A stretch of 64,000 nucleotides of DNA, taken from positions 532-64,531 of the forward strand of contig JAPDKC010000020.1 of NCBI GenBank assembly GCA_029258755.1, written 5' to 3'. The notes beneath the pieces are model-generated. The model did no database searches and had not been told where the DNA came from. It saw only the letters and a list, made by a program, of their open reading frames with translations. This document shows, one piece after another, positions 17,132-26,868 of this stretch. This DNA comes from an archaeon. GTDB taxonomy: Archaea; Iainarchaeota; Iainarchaeia; Iainarchaeales; DTGL01. Position 1 is the first letter of the stretch; each line of letters begins with the position of its first letter. The position numbers were made by a program, and so were the translations under genes.

Positions 17132-19850
17132 GAAATTCAAGCTCTTTTCCAGTAAAACCATCGATAAAAATGCGCCTTTTCTTCCCGGTTTTTATATTCT
17201 CCACAATTCCTTCATAGACAGGCCAGTAAATCTCTTTTATAGATGTTACCACGAGCTTCTTCCATATCTTTTGTAGAAGTTCACGCACCTCTCTTTTCGA
17301 ATATCTTTCTTTTTCCTTCATGATAGCTTGTGCAGTAACCAAAGGAAGTTTTTGCAGAGAAAGATGCAGGCTGTGCAAAGGTGTTCTTGGCAGGTCAAAC
17401 TTCTTTTTTATACAATAAAGGATAACACCATTTTTCTCCATCTTTTTAACAAGATCGTTTTCAATAAGCTTCTTTAATATTCTTTTTACCTTGTTTTCAT
17501 CCATAAACGCCTTCTTGCTTACCTGGGATGCACTTAGCGGGGTTGTCAAAAAGTTCAGTACCTTTATCTCATTATCGCTTAAACCATAGAGATCCTTAAG
17601 CCCCTTGGATTCTACAAAGCCTTCTTTAAAATGGAGAAATTCTCCAGTGTAAGAATTTACAAAAAGCACACTTTGCCTAAACATATTCTTTTCGTTAAAA
17701 TAGTTGAATTCGACCTTATAAACAGGTATATACTTGAGGTTAGTTTCTATTAATCGCTCGCTTCCGGGAAGCAAACCAAAGAGCTTGCTAACCTTTTTCC
17801 TAATTTTAGATTCAGCCTTTTCTTTTGCATATCTTATTGGAAAGGCTAAAAGCTCAAGTTTTTCTTCTGCCTCCTTTTCAGGGATTTCAACGGGCTTTTC
17901 TTCCTCAACTTTTTTCATTTCCGGTTCTGACACAGCAGCAGGCTTCTTTTCCTCCAGAAAAACCATGCCTTCTTCCTCATTAACTTTGGCTCCCTTGTTT
18001 TCTAATTCTAATAGCACATCCTGAAGCTCAAGGTTTGAGCTATACTTGGTATTTAACGAGTTCAACGTTCTGCTTATTTCCGCAAGCTTTGCCCTTCCGT
18101 CCCTCTTCAATCTTGCCCAGTACATAGAGCTTATAAGCTTTAGCACTTGCTCATCGCTTAGCTCAACTTTTGTTTCGATTGTTTCGGTTTCCCTGCCTTC
18201 GTGCTGGCTCATTCTAGGCCTTACCTTCATTATGAAAGCCCTGCTTGTTTCTTCTCTGCGGTCACCAACCAAAGCAACGCCTGTAGGCAAAGTCCTTATA
18301 AAAGCCCCTGCCTTGAATTTGTGCGGAATTATTGCAGGTGTTCGCTTATAAACAGCCTTTATATCATCGTTGAAAACAAGCTTGTGAACAATTATTATAT
18401 CAAGCTGGCTTAGTACCTTAGTATCTATTGCCGATGGCTGCTGTGTTGCAAAAACCAGAGAGCAGCCAGGCCTGCGACCCTGCTTTACATATTCTATTAA
18501 AGCATCGCTTGCTGCTGTTTTGATATTTCCACTCGGAATGAGCGTATGTGCTTCATCTATAAAAAGCCACGTTGGCGGAATTTGGATCTCGAGAAGCTCT
18601 TCTGCTGAGCTTTCAAACCGCTTAGCAGCTTCTTTCCTTGTAGCTATCTTTCTTGCAGCTAATATGCGTCTGGCCAGAATTCCTATTACAAGTGCAGTAA
18701 CATTATCATCCAAAAAACTTGTGTCTATAATTGTAAGCTGACCTTCTCTGCTAAGTTCGCTAAGCGGTGTGCCTTCTATATCAAAAATGCCCCATGATTT
18801 AGCAGCCTCAAACCTACTTGTTAGAGCTCTTATAGAATCCACTTTATAGCCGCGGTCTCTAGAATTAAGTTCAGCATCATTTTCTAGGCAGAATATGATA
18901 TCATCAAGTGAATAATCCTTAGTGCCTTTAATTCGCTCTTTATCTATGGTAATATATCCTTTCTCAACTTTCTCTAAAGCTTTTTCTAGCAGCAAACCCG
19001 TTGGGCTAAAGCGATCTATTCCAAATGTTAGGCACCAATCCTGAGCTGTAAGCATTGAGGGCTTTATGGAGAATGTTGCATCATAGGTGCCTTTAGGCGT
19101 CTGAGACTCCATCCCCTTTGGAATAAAAACAACTATATTATCAAGCCCTTTTGGCTCAAGCCCCCATTTTTTTAGCTCCTCAACCTCTTTTTCTTCGCGA
19201 TTGGCATATCTCATGCTCCAGAAGACGCCGACAGGATCAACAACAATTATGCCAACATCGGGGTTTTTTAGCGCTAGCTCCTCAGCAATCACGCCAAGCA
19301 CATAACTTTTTCCGCTGCCACGAGCACCGCAAACAAAAACAACATGAGGATTTAAACTATCTAACAAGATATCCTTTTCTTTATAGCCAGGTTCGTGTAC
19401 GCGGCCTATAAAAAGAGCTGCTTGTGATCCATACTTTTCATATACGGATTTTTTTCTGCCAATAAACGCTCGGCCTTCCTCATCTTCAAGGAATTTTAGT
19501 TCAGGAAGTATAATATCGCTTCCCTCCGCAACTACAACCTTCCCTTTATCCTCCTTCTTAGCTTTTTTCTTATCTCCTTCTTTTTTCTCCCCTTTTTTAT
19601 CTTCCTTAATTTCTTCTCCCCTTTCCTCTTCAAGAACGGCTTCCTCTTTTATGTTTTTTTCTTTTTCCGGCTCAGCGTATATGCTTTCGCTTTCTTTACT
19701 TTCCTTTTCTATTTTTTCTTTTTCCTTTTTTGCAATCTCACTCAGCTTTTTCCTAGCTTCTTTCAGCTCCTCATCTAAGCCAAACACTTCCTCAAATAAG
19801 TCCTGCTCTTCACTATCCTTCTCTATAACAACCCTTTTCTTCTCGGCCAT
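17121..19850 (-). CDS. HerA/FtsK-superfamily ATPase (DUF87-like) with C-terminal winged helix
   Basis: Walker A GARGSGKS, Walker B LFIDEAH, QGRRPG Arg finger, ATQQP motif. Confidence 0.85.
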   Translation of the reverse strand: MAEKKRVVIEKDSEEQDLFEEVFGLDEELKEARKKLSEIAKKEKEKIEKESKESESIYAEPEKEKNIKEEAVLEEERGEEIKEDKKGEKKEGDKKKAKKEDKGKVVVAEGSDIILPELKFLEDEEGRAFIGRKKSVYEKYGSQAALFIGRVHEPGYKEKDILLDSLNPHVVFVCGARGSGKSYVLGVIAEELALKNPDVGIIVVDPVGVFWSMRYANREEKEVEELKKWGLEPKGLDNIVVFIPKGMESQTPKGTYDATFSIKPSMLTAQDWCLTFGIDRFSPTGLLLEKALEKVEKGYITIDKERIKGTKDYSLDDIIFCLENDAELNSRDRGYKVDSIRALTSRFEAAKSWGIFDIEGTPLSELSREGQLTIIDTSFLDDNVTALVIGILARRILAARKIATRKEAAKRFESSAEELLEIQIPPTWLFIDEAHTLIPSGNIKTAASDALIEYVKQGRRPGCSLVFATQQPSAIDTKVLSQLDIIIVHKLVFNDDIKAVYKRTPAIIPHKFKAGAFIRTLPTGVALVGDRREETSRAFIMKVRPRMSQHEGRETETIETKVELSDEQVLKLISSMYWARLKRDGRAKLAEISRTLNSLNTKYSSNLELQDVLLELENKGAKVNEEEGMVFLEEKKPAAVSEPEMKKVEEEKPVEIPEKEAEEKLELLAFPIRYAKEKAESKIRKKVSKLFGLLPGSERLIETNLKYIPVYKVEFNYFNEKNMFRQSVLFVNSYTGEFLHFKEGFVESKGLKDLYGLSDNEIKVLNFLTTPLSASQVSKKAFMDENKVKRILKKLIENDLVKKMEKNGVILYCIKKKFDLPRTPLHSLHLSLQKLPLVTAQAIMKEKERYSKREVRELLQKIWKKLVVTSIKEIYWPVYEGIVENIKTGKKRRIFIDGFTGKELEFLSA

Positions 19851-19985
19851 GCAAAACCCTTAATCATTTTCAACAAGCTCTATATTAAGAATAATTTTGA
19901 TAATTAAATTACTTTCGATTCAAGTGCTTTTACCCAAAAATTTTGCATTAAATTTTATAACTGTTATTGCGCATTATTTCCTTTT

Positions 19986-20441
19986 ATGGAGTGCGTGTTT
20001 TGTAAGATCGCTAACGGTGAGCTGCCAGCTGCAAAGATATGGGAAAGCCCCGAGTATATAGCAATTCTAGATATAAATCCGAACACAAAAGGCACGACTC
20101 TTGTTATACCAAAGAAGCACATAAGCTCTTACATCTTTGACGCTAGCGATGAGGAATATACAAAGCTTTTGTTAGCGGCAAAACAAGTGGCAAAGATTCT
20201 TGAGAAAGGGCTTTGCTTGGAAAGGGTTGCTATGGTTATGGAAGGCACAGGCATAGACCATGCTCACATAAAGCTTATTCCGTTACATGGTATTTCTAAG
20301 CTTGCAAGCGGAATAGAAAGCAAAGAGCGCGTTTATTTCGAAAAATACCCTGGTTATATAACCACACAACTAGGCCCTCAGGCAGATATTGCAGAACTGG
20401 AAAAGCTTGCTGAAGAAATCAGGAAGAAAGTGCAAGCATAG
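19986..20441 (+). CDS. HIT family hydrolase
   Basis: CVFCKI, LDINP..G.TLVIPK.H, HAHIKL variant of the histidine triad. Confidence 0.9.
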   Translation: MECVFCKIANGELPAAKIWESPEYIAILDINPNTKGTTLVIPKKHISSYIFDASDEEYTKLLLAAKQVAKILEKGLCLERVAMVMEGTGIDHAHIKLIPLHGISKLASGIESKERVYFEKYPGYITTQLGPQADIAELEKLAEEIRKKVQA

Positions 20442-20556
20442 CTACTTGTGGCTGGAAAAAGGACAGGTCAAGTTATAGTTAACCTATACGGTTTGTAATA
20501 CTTGACAGCAACAAACCTACGATACCTTTAAATTTAGAGAAAAATTCAACTTAGGT

Positions 20557-21456
20557 ATGCCTTTTCTTAGAAGAGCCATAATAAAATTAGGGCTAGGTAA
20601 AGGGAAGCGTAGGAAAGCTGCTTCAAAGAAAAGGCAGTGGCTCATACCAGATGAAAGGGAAATCTATGAAAGCATGCGAGAGCAAGGTTGGGGCTATTCA
20701 GATTTGGGAAAGCAAGCACTCGTGCCCAAGAGCAAAGACATATCTGAAAAATTGGGCATAGCCAAAGGTTCGCGAATTTTGTTTTTTGCAGGATGTTATG
20801 GGGACTGGGCAAATGCTTTAGCAAGAGATGGAAATCGCGTTGTTTACTCCGATGTATCTGCTGATATGGTAAGAGGTATAAGAAGCTCTGTAAAAGGCGC
20901 ATCTTTTGAAAGAACAAGAGTACTTGAGGCCTCTCAATGGCCTAGAAGGCCTAATGAATACGACTGGAGCGTTTCCTTTGAGCCGATACCGTTACAGGAT
21001 GAGGCGCTTCATTTAGTGCTAATGCGTTCTTTGTTGAACAAAAAAGGGGCAAAAATTATATACAGCAGAGCTTACCTATTCGAAATAAAAAACTACATAT
21101 ACAAAGTTGCTAAGGGAATTGCAAAACTATACGGAGCGAGAAGTAGGAAAAAAAGCGTTGAAATTGAAAATATTGGGAATCGTGGAAAACGTATTGAAAG
21201 AGTAACTGTCATAACACTCGAAACAAATGAACAGGCAAGAAGAAAAGCGTGGATTGATATGCAAGTATTGAAAGCCGTTAGATCAGAAAGAGATAAAAAA
21301 AGGAGCAAGAAAATAAAGCTTAATGATCTGTTAAAAAATGAGAGGATAAAGCGCCTTAAGCTTTCTAAGGAAGAACTTACAGAAAGTCTCCGCAGATTGG
21401 AAGCACTGTCCAAATTAGCAAGTTATTCATTAACAGTGGTTATACAAAGCGAATAA
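20557..21456 (+). CDS. Putative class I SAM-dependent methyltransferase-like protein with basic N-terminus
   Basis: RILFFAGCYGDWANALA...VVYSDVSADMV resembles motifs I and II; N-terminus MPFLRR...KGKRRKAASKKR. Confidence 0.6.
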   Translation: MPFLRRAIIKLGLGKGKRRKAASKKRQWLIPDEREIYESMREQGWGYSDLGKQALVPKSKDISEKLGIAKGSRILFFAGCYGDWANALARDGNRVVYSDVSADMVRGIRSSVKGASFERTRVLEASQWPRRPNEYDWSVSFEPIPLQDEALHLVLMRSLLNKKGAKIIYSRAYLFEIKNYIYKVAKGIAKLYGARSRKKSVEIENIGNRGKRIERVTVITLETNEQARRKAWIDMQVLKAVRSERDKKRSKKIKLNDLLKNERIKRLKLSKEELTESLRRLEALSKLASYSLTVVIQSE

Positions 21457-21638
21457 TACTCGCTTTTACTCTGGCTTTGCGTCATAATTATTTTCCCCAA
21501 CAAATTTCCAGTTACATTTTATCTCTATAAATGCAAATATTTAATTTTTATCTAAGAGGGGCCGCGCGTAGCGATAATTTTGATACAAAACTCCAGCAAT
21601 AAAAAATATAAAAAGGAGCCGAAAACATTATTTTTACT

Positions 21639-22925
21639 ATGCACGCTGGCGAAAAATTTTTTATTGCTTTTATAGGAGTCGCTGCTCTATTGTTTTTTAT
21701 AAGCATTATTCTTCTTTATTTACCGGCAGAAACCGGACAAACAAACAAGAGCATAAGTGGTTCTGCTGAAAAACCTTCGCAAGATATTTCACAAGATATA
21801 CTTAAAGAGATTGAAGAAAAAACTGGCATAAAGATACCTGAAGAGGTTAAAGAAGCTGCTAAAGACGCTTCCGTTTGCGAGAGGATATCTAAAGGACTGG
21901 GCAGGGATATGTGTTATGAGAATTATGCTACACTATATAAAAACCCCGCCCTTTGCGAAAAGATAGAGAATGAAACATATAGAAACCAATGCTATTCGCA
22001 TACAAGTGAGTTTTCTTCAGATCCAGCGCTATGTGAAAAGATAACTTCTGATGTTGAGAGGGATAGGTGCTATAAAAATATTGCACTAAATAAAAAAGAT
22101 GTTTCGCTATGCGACAAGATTTCTGGAAATGTGGAATACATAAAAAAGTGGGACTGCTATAAGGATGTTGCCATAGCGAAAAAGGACCCAACAATTTGCG
22201 ATATGATGGAAGAACAGCGTGAAGTATGCTACTCCGATTTAGCAACCGCTCTTAATGATGCATCTCTTTGCAGCAAGAGTTCAAATCCGGAGTATTGCTA
22301 TTACACTATTGCATTAAACACATTGGACCCAGCTCCTTGCAAGAATAGTGGTGATTGGAAACAGAAATGTTACGAAGAGATTGCATTAACTAAGAAGGAT
22401 TATTCAATTTGTGAAAAATTAGAGCTGCGCAAAGCAGATTGTTTTTATAAAATTGCTTTGGACAAAAAAGATCCTTCGATTTGTGGTAAAGCTTCAGAGG
22501 AAAGCGTTGCAGGTAACTGCTATTACCTCCTTTCCATAGATATGAACAACCCTTCTCTTTGCGATGAGATTCTAGATACAACCTATAAAAATCGTTGTTA
22601 TAGCACGTTTGCTTATGCATTGAATGATACTTCATTTTGTGAGAAGATGGAAACTAGTGAAGGGGAAAAAGATTGTTATATTACACTTGCGAAAAAACTT
22701 AATGACAGCAGCATATGCGGCAAAGCCACAGAGGTTGAGATTAAAGACAAGTGCTATCATGAAATGGCTGTAAAAGCCAAAGATGGTTCTTTATGTGCTT
22801 ATATTCAAAGCACGGAAGAGAAGGATTCCTGCTATTTAGAGGTCGCCCTAAATATAGATGATCCTACCTTATGTGATAACATTCAAGATTCCGGAAAGAG
22901 GGAGTTTTGCCTTAAGTATAGCTGA
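21639..22925 (+). CDS. Membrane-anchored Cys-rich repeat surface protein
   Basis: N-terminal TM helix, then 14 repeats of about 26 aa (D.S.C.KI.....RD.CY...A). Confidence 0.85.
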   Translation: MHAGEKFFIAFIGVAALLFFISIILLYLPAETGQTNKSISGSAEKPSQDISQDILKEIEEKTGIKIPEEVKEAAKDASVCERISKGLGRDMCYENYATLYKNPALCEKIENETYRNQCYSHTSEFSSDPALCEKITSDVERDRCYKNIALNKKDVSLCDKISGNVEYIKKWDCYKDVAIAKKDPTICDMMEEQREVCYSDLATALNDASLCSKSSNPEYCYYTIALNTLDPAPCKNSGDWKQKCYEEIALTKKDYSICEKLELRKADCFYKIALDKKDPSICGKASEESVAGNCYYLLSIDMNNPSLCDEILDTTYKNRCYSTFAYALNDTSFCEKMETSEGEKDCYITLAKKLNDSSICGKATEVEIKDKCYHEMAVKAKDGSLCAYIQSTEEKDSCYLEVALNIDDPTLCDNIQDSGKREFCLKYS

Positions 22926-22939
22926 CAGATTTCCTCAGC

Positions 22940-23371
22940 TTATTCTTTTTTGAAAATCACGTGCTCTGTGTAAGGATCCCCTTTCCATAAATGTTTTGTG
23001 GTTTTGTAATCCCAGTTATCGCCAAGCAAATAGTGCACCTTAAAGCGCATATACGTTGCATCAAGCTTCTCTGGTTCTACATGACCTTTTAGGTTTGGAA
23101 AGGGGTCTGTATGAAACTGATAAACTATCCTGTTCTCTGAAACTTCTGGAAATTCAACATGCAGGCCAACACTTTCGTCTCTGGTGCGCAAAACCCTTGC
23201 GAAATCCCGCGGATCGCCTTTTTTAAATCCCATCGCGTCATAGGCCTTTTTCAAGCCCCGTTCCATAATTTTTGTGAATATCTCCAGAGCTTTTTCTTCG
23301 CCAAATTCTTCCTTTAAAACAAGAAAAGTATTCTCATACAAGGCAAAGAATGGAGCATTATATTCTTTCAT
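22940..23371 (-). CDS. ATC-hydrolase/V4R-like small protein
   Basis: Likely start MKEYNAPF; EEFGEEKALE N-terminal helices and TTKHLWKGDPYTEH C-terminus resemble the L-2-amino-thiazoline-4-carboxylate hydrolase-like family. Confidence 0.5.
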   Translation of the reverse strand: MKEYNAPFFALYENTFLVLKEEFGEEKALEIFTKIMERGLKKAYDAMGFKKGDPRDFARVLRTRDESVGLHVEFPEVSENRIVYQFHTDPFPNLKGHVEPEKLDATYMRFKVHYLLGDNWDYKTTKHLWKGDPYTEHVIFKKE

Positions 23372-23429
23372 GAACCATAACAATAACCAAAAATAATAAA
23401 TTTCTTTTCGATCTTTTAAAAGAGTAAGC

Positions 23430-24821
23430 ATGATAGATGAGTATGAGCAGTCACGAAAAATAAAATTTATTATGGTATTGGGGCTTTTTCTAGCCTTCTT
23501 TTTGATTTTTAGTTTATGGTTAGTGACATATTTTCAACCAAAAAAAGCACCCGACGAAAAAACTCAGAGCGAGGATATAACACAAGCACCACCAAACAAA
23601 TACAACCAAGTTCAAAAGTCTAATAAAATAGATCTAGATCCATCTCAACTGCCAGAAAAATGGAGGAATTTATATGAAAAAATAAGGACTATAAGCGTTA
23701 CATGTAACGAAATCACTTCAAATATTCTTTCATCTATTGATGGTGTTTTAAATGGTAATATTGCCAAAGAAGAATTTTGTGCAGGTCCTGGAAAACAGCT
23801 GAGAGAGAAGTTGGCCCAGCTGATAGAGGACGTCAACAGTTTAAGAAAAATCAAAGAAAGTAAAGATTATAATAAAATGGATTCTTGGGAAAAGGACATT
23901 GTAAAGAAGGTGGTGAAATACTCTGTTGGTCCTTCAGATTGGAAAAAATGGAGCTCATATATCAAAAAATATTGTGAAGGGGTTTTTACAGAAGAGTCTC
24001 TGCAACTTATAAAGAAAGAGATAGAAAAATATAGCAAGTATGGTGGTTCTTGCTCAATGTGGGAGGATTATAGCGAACGTGTGCTAAAGTATGAACTAGC
24101 AAAAGAAGAGGGGGTTATGAATGCATATCAATTAGGCACAGTAGTAGAGCCAATTAACAAGGATTTGAATGTTTCTATAAAAAGCATAAAGATTGTAAAG
24201 GCGCCTGTGGTTAGATACCTTTCGGAAAGAGACTTTAATTCAGAGGAGTTAATTGAAATAAAAAGAAAAGTTAGAGATTTTTATCTTAACGGTGGTTGTG
24301 AAGAATACGACCTTCCTTCATATTATATGGAAAAATGCGAAGAATATGAAAAAAATTATAAGGAAATTGTGGATAAATACAGAAATAGACTGCCTGAGCT
24401 TATCTCCATAAAATGCGAGTATACTTACAAGTATATTTATACAGATTACGGAGAGTATGTGACACCGACAACCTATATGGTCGATATTTTAATATATGAT
24501 AAACGTAAAGATAAATTTTACCATGGGAGCATTCTTCCTCCCTACACAAATTTCAGTGATAACGTCCAGTCCTTATCTTATTTAACGCCACACATAGTAA
24601 TAAGAGAATTTTTCGATAAAAATTTAGCAGAAATAAAATATCCGTTATATATTATCTGTGTACATGAAAAGGTCTTGGGTCGCACGAAATTTAACAAAGA
24701 ATCATTCGAGGTTATGGTACTAGATGATATGTATTATTGGATATATTTTAAGGATGAATCATATTATAGTCCTTCTATCACAATATTTGAGTTTATTCCT
24801 TCCCAAGTGTTTCAAAAATAG
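23430..24821 (+). CDS. Hypothetical membrane-anchored protein
   Basis: 463-aa ORF, single N-terminal TM helix, AT-rich, several Cys; no family recognised. Confidence 0.7.
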   Translation: MIDEYEQSRKIKFIMVLGLFLAFFLIFSLWLVTYFQPKKAPDEKTQSEDITQAPPNKYNQVQKSNKIDLDPSQLPEKWRNLYEKIRTISVTCNEITSNILSSIDGVLNGNIAKEEFCAGPGKQLREKLAQLIEDVNSLRKIKESKDYNKMDSWEKDIVKKVVKYSVGPSDWKKWSSYIKKYCEGVFTEESLQLIKKEIEKYSKYGGSCSMWEDYSERVLKYELAKEEGVMNAYQLGTVVEPINKDLNVSIKSIKIVKAPVVRYLSERDFNSEELIEIKRKVRDFYLNGGCEEYDLPSYYMEKCEEYEKNYKEIVDKYRNRLPELISIKCEYTYKYIYTDYGEYVTPTTYMVDILIYDKRKDKFYHGSILPPYTNFSDNVQSLSYLTPHIVIREFFDKNLAEIKYPLYIICVHEKVLGRTKFNKESFEVMVLDDMYYWIYFKDESYYSPSITIFEFIPSQVFQK

Positions 24822-24876
24822 GAGGCTTACAGTAAAACTTATAAATGATTTTATGCTCCTTTTACAGTGATGTGCT

Positions 24877-25446
24877 ATGTCTGAGGAAAAGGTTTTGTAT
24901 GAGGGAAAGCCGAGCAAGAAGCTTTTTCTTGCCTGGCTACTATCTCCAAGGGTTCTTGGCATCATTATACTTGCTTTAGGAATAGCCACTATTTATTATT
25001 CTCTGATGGTGGCAAAAACCTTCTATGAAATAGCTTCCAAGGGGCCTAAGGAAGTGCTACACGGGCAGGAATATAGTTATGATAATCCCTTCTATGTTGG
25101 CGCATTTTGTTTTGCAATAGCTTTTTTGCTGTACCTTACATATCTCTACTTTTTAATGAGAACATACCAATATAGAATTACAAGCAAAGGCATTTACTTT
25201 AGCGGAGGCATCTTTATAAGGAAATCAAAGTTTGTGCCATTTTACAAGGTTACAAATATTGAGATAACGCAAACAATTGTTGAAAGAGCTTTTGGTATAG
25301 CAACAATCAATATACAAACTGCTGGCATGGGCATGCACATTCCAGAAATCCGGTTTGAAGGACTTGAAGATGTAGAAAAGCCTTATGGAATAATAAAAGA
25401 GGCTATGGGAAAGCTCCAGAAGCAAGCCAAGCTTCACAGCGAATAG
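24877..25446 (+). CDS. Bacterial-type PH domain (bPH_2) membrane protein
   Basis: Two TM helices, then YRIT...GGIF....VPFYKVTNIEITQ...R.FGIATINIQTAG. Confidence 0.85.
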   Translation: MSEEKVLYEGKPSKKLFLAWLLSPRVLGIIILALGIATIYYSLMVAKTFYEIASKGPKEVLHGQEYSYDNPFYVGAFCFAIAFLLYLTYLYFLMRTYQYRITSKGIYFSGGIFIRKSKFVPFYKVTNIEITQTIVERAFGIATINIQTAGMGMHIPEIRFEGLEDVEKPYGIIKEAMGKLQKQAKLHSE

Positions 25447-25498
25447 TAGCAGCTTTTTTAATTTTGTTTCTGCCAAATTTTAACATAGAGATGCCTAT

Positions 25499-25570
25499 GG
25501 GCCGGTAGCTCAATGGAAGAGCGCTGCCTTCGCACGGCAGAGGCTCCGGGTTCAAGTCCCGGCCGGTCCA
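25499..25570 (+). tRNA. tRNA-Ala(CGC), intronless, CCA not encoded
   Basis: GGGCCGG/CCGGTCC acceptor stem with G3:U70; anticodon arm CTGCC-TTCGCAC-GGCAG; T-loop GTTCAAG. Confidence 0.97.
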
Positions 25571-25617
25571 TGCCAAACAATTTTAACTTCTTTTGTTTCT
25601 ATCTATATGGGGGCAGG

Positions 25618-26424
25618 ATGGTAATAATCTATAAAAAGGGAAGCAATTTCCAGCTTTCCCTAACAGATTCGAATGCTGCAAAGCTTGGCTTAAAGCCACA
25701 GGCGGAATACGAGTTGGTTAAGCTAAGCGATGATGTTTTCGCTTTGGTTGAGAAGAGGGTTTCGCAAAGGACTGAAGAACTCGATAAGCGAATTTTTTCG
25801 CTTCTTAAGCGCAAAAAGCTTTCTGAAAGGGTTGAAGGCAAATTCGAGAAGTTATTAAATAGCGCCGAGCTCAAAAGATTTAAGGAATTGATAAGGCAGG
25901 GCAAGATAATCCCATTCAAGCTTTCAGCAAAATATAAGAGAGCGGTATATAAAACTCCCGAAGAGATAAAAGGCGTGGAAAAGAAGGAAAGAAAACAAGA
26001 GCTTCCTTACACCGAAGGAAAAGAAGCAAAGGGCATAACAGAACCTGTAGGGGAAGAGCTAACCCCGATTGTTGCACCGCGCATTGATCAAACAAAGCAG
26101 TTTGAAAAGCATTCATATGCGATAATAAGGGATGAGGCACTTGCAAAGGAGCTCTCTTCGCGACTAAGCTCGGATATAAAGCGCAGAGAAGTTTTGGGCA
26201 TAAAGACCTTCGATGGTGAATATTATATTATAAAGAGAGAGCTTTACGAGAAGTATAGCCCTGTAATATTAAAGTATATTCAGGATAATTCTCCAATAAG
26301 TGCTGACAGGATCGCTAGCGATTTGCGCATAGATAAAAAGCTTGTGAAAATCGTCTGTGAGTTTTTGCGCGAAGAAGGCGAGATTGTAGAGAGACGCAGA
26401 GAGCTTTACGAATACGTCAAGTGA
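25618..26424 (+). CDS. Hypothetical protein with C-terminal winged helix
   Basis: Start MVIIYKK after GGGGCAGG (the longer ORF-track start lies inside the tRNA); C-terminal ISADRIASDLRIDKKLVKIVCEFLREEGEI wHTH. Confidence 0.7.
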   Translation: MVIIYKKGSNFQLSLTDSNAAKLGLKPQAEYELVKLSDDVFALVEKRVSQRTEELDKRIFSLLKRKKLSERVEGKFEKLLNSAELKRFKELIRQGKIIPFKLSAKYKRAVYKTPEEIKGVEKKERKQELPYTEGKEAKGITEPVGEELTPIVAPRIDQTKQFEKHSYAIIRDEALAKELSSRLSSDIKRREVLGIKTFDGEYYIIKRELYEKYSPVILKYIQDNSPISADRIASDLRIDKKLVKIVCEFLREEGEIVERRRELYEYVK

Positions 26425-26813
26425 GTAAGATGCACGTGCTTTTGCCTCTTCTCTCGGGAAGAGAAAGCAATGAAAGATTTTTAGAAAAAGCAACCAAAGG
26501 TGTTCGCAAGGTAACAGTCCTTATTGTTGTTGACACCTCGCTGCAGGAAACGTTTGGTGTTACCGCTAGCTCTCTAGCTCAAGCTCAACGGATTGCTTCT
26601 ACAATAAAAGCATATCTCAGTAAAAAGCGCAAATCATGCGAAATATTGCTTGAATGGGGCCCAACAGCAGAAACTATTGATAGGATAGCAAAGCTTAAAA
26701 GCGTGAATAAAATAGTGCTTGTCAAAGAGAAAAATGCATTCTTCAAGCAGATTGCCAAAAAACTTTCGAGGAGCTCTGCGTACAAATTAGAGCTTATTGA
26801 TGCTTCTATCTAA
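26421..26813 (+). CDS. Universal stress protein-like protein
   Basis: HVLLPL, V.VLIVVD, EWGPTAETIDRIA...NKIVL pattern of the Usp fold. Confidence 0.65.
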   Translation: MSKMHVLLPLLSGRESNERFLEKATKGVRKVTVLIVVDTSLQETFGVTASSLAQAQRIASTIKAYLSKKRKSCEILLEWGPTAETIDRIAKLKSVNKIVLVKEKNAFFKQIAKKLSRSSAYKLELIDASI

Positions 26814-26868
26814 AACATTTGCATTCTTATACAAATGTTTTTAAACTTTATTGACTTAAATTTGCGTA

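Noticed and set aside
19986..20441. HIT triad HAHIK as a sign of pseudogenisation
   Set aside because: The ORF is intact, the first two His are retained, and a His-to-Lys variant is plausible within the family.
21556..21573. GGGGCCGCGCGTAGCG as a tRNA-Ala fragment or att site
   Set aside because: Short, imperfect match to the 5' end only; no integrase in the window.
25513..25617. N-terminal extension MEERCLRTAEAPGSSPGRS of the 303-aa ORF
   Set aside because: It is read through tRNA-Ala; the real start is most likely ATG 25618.
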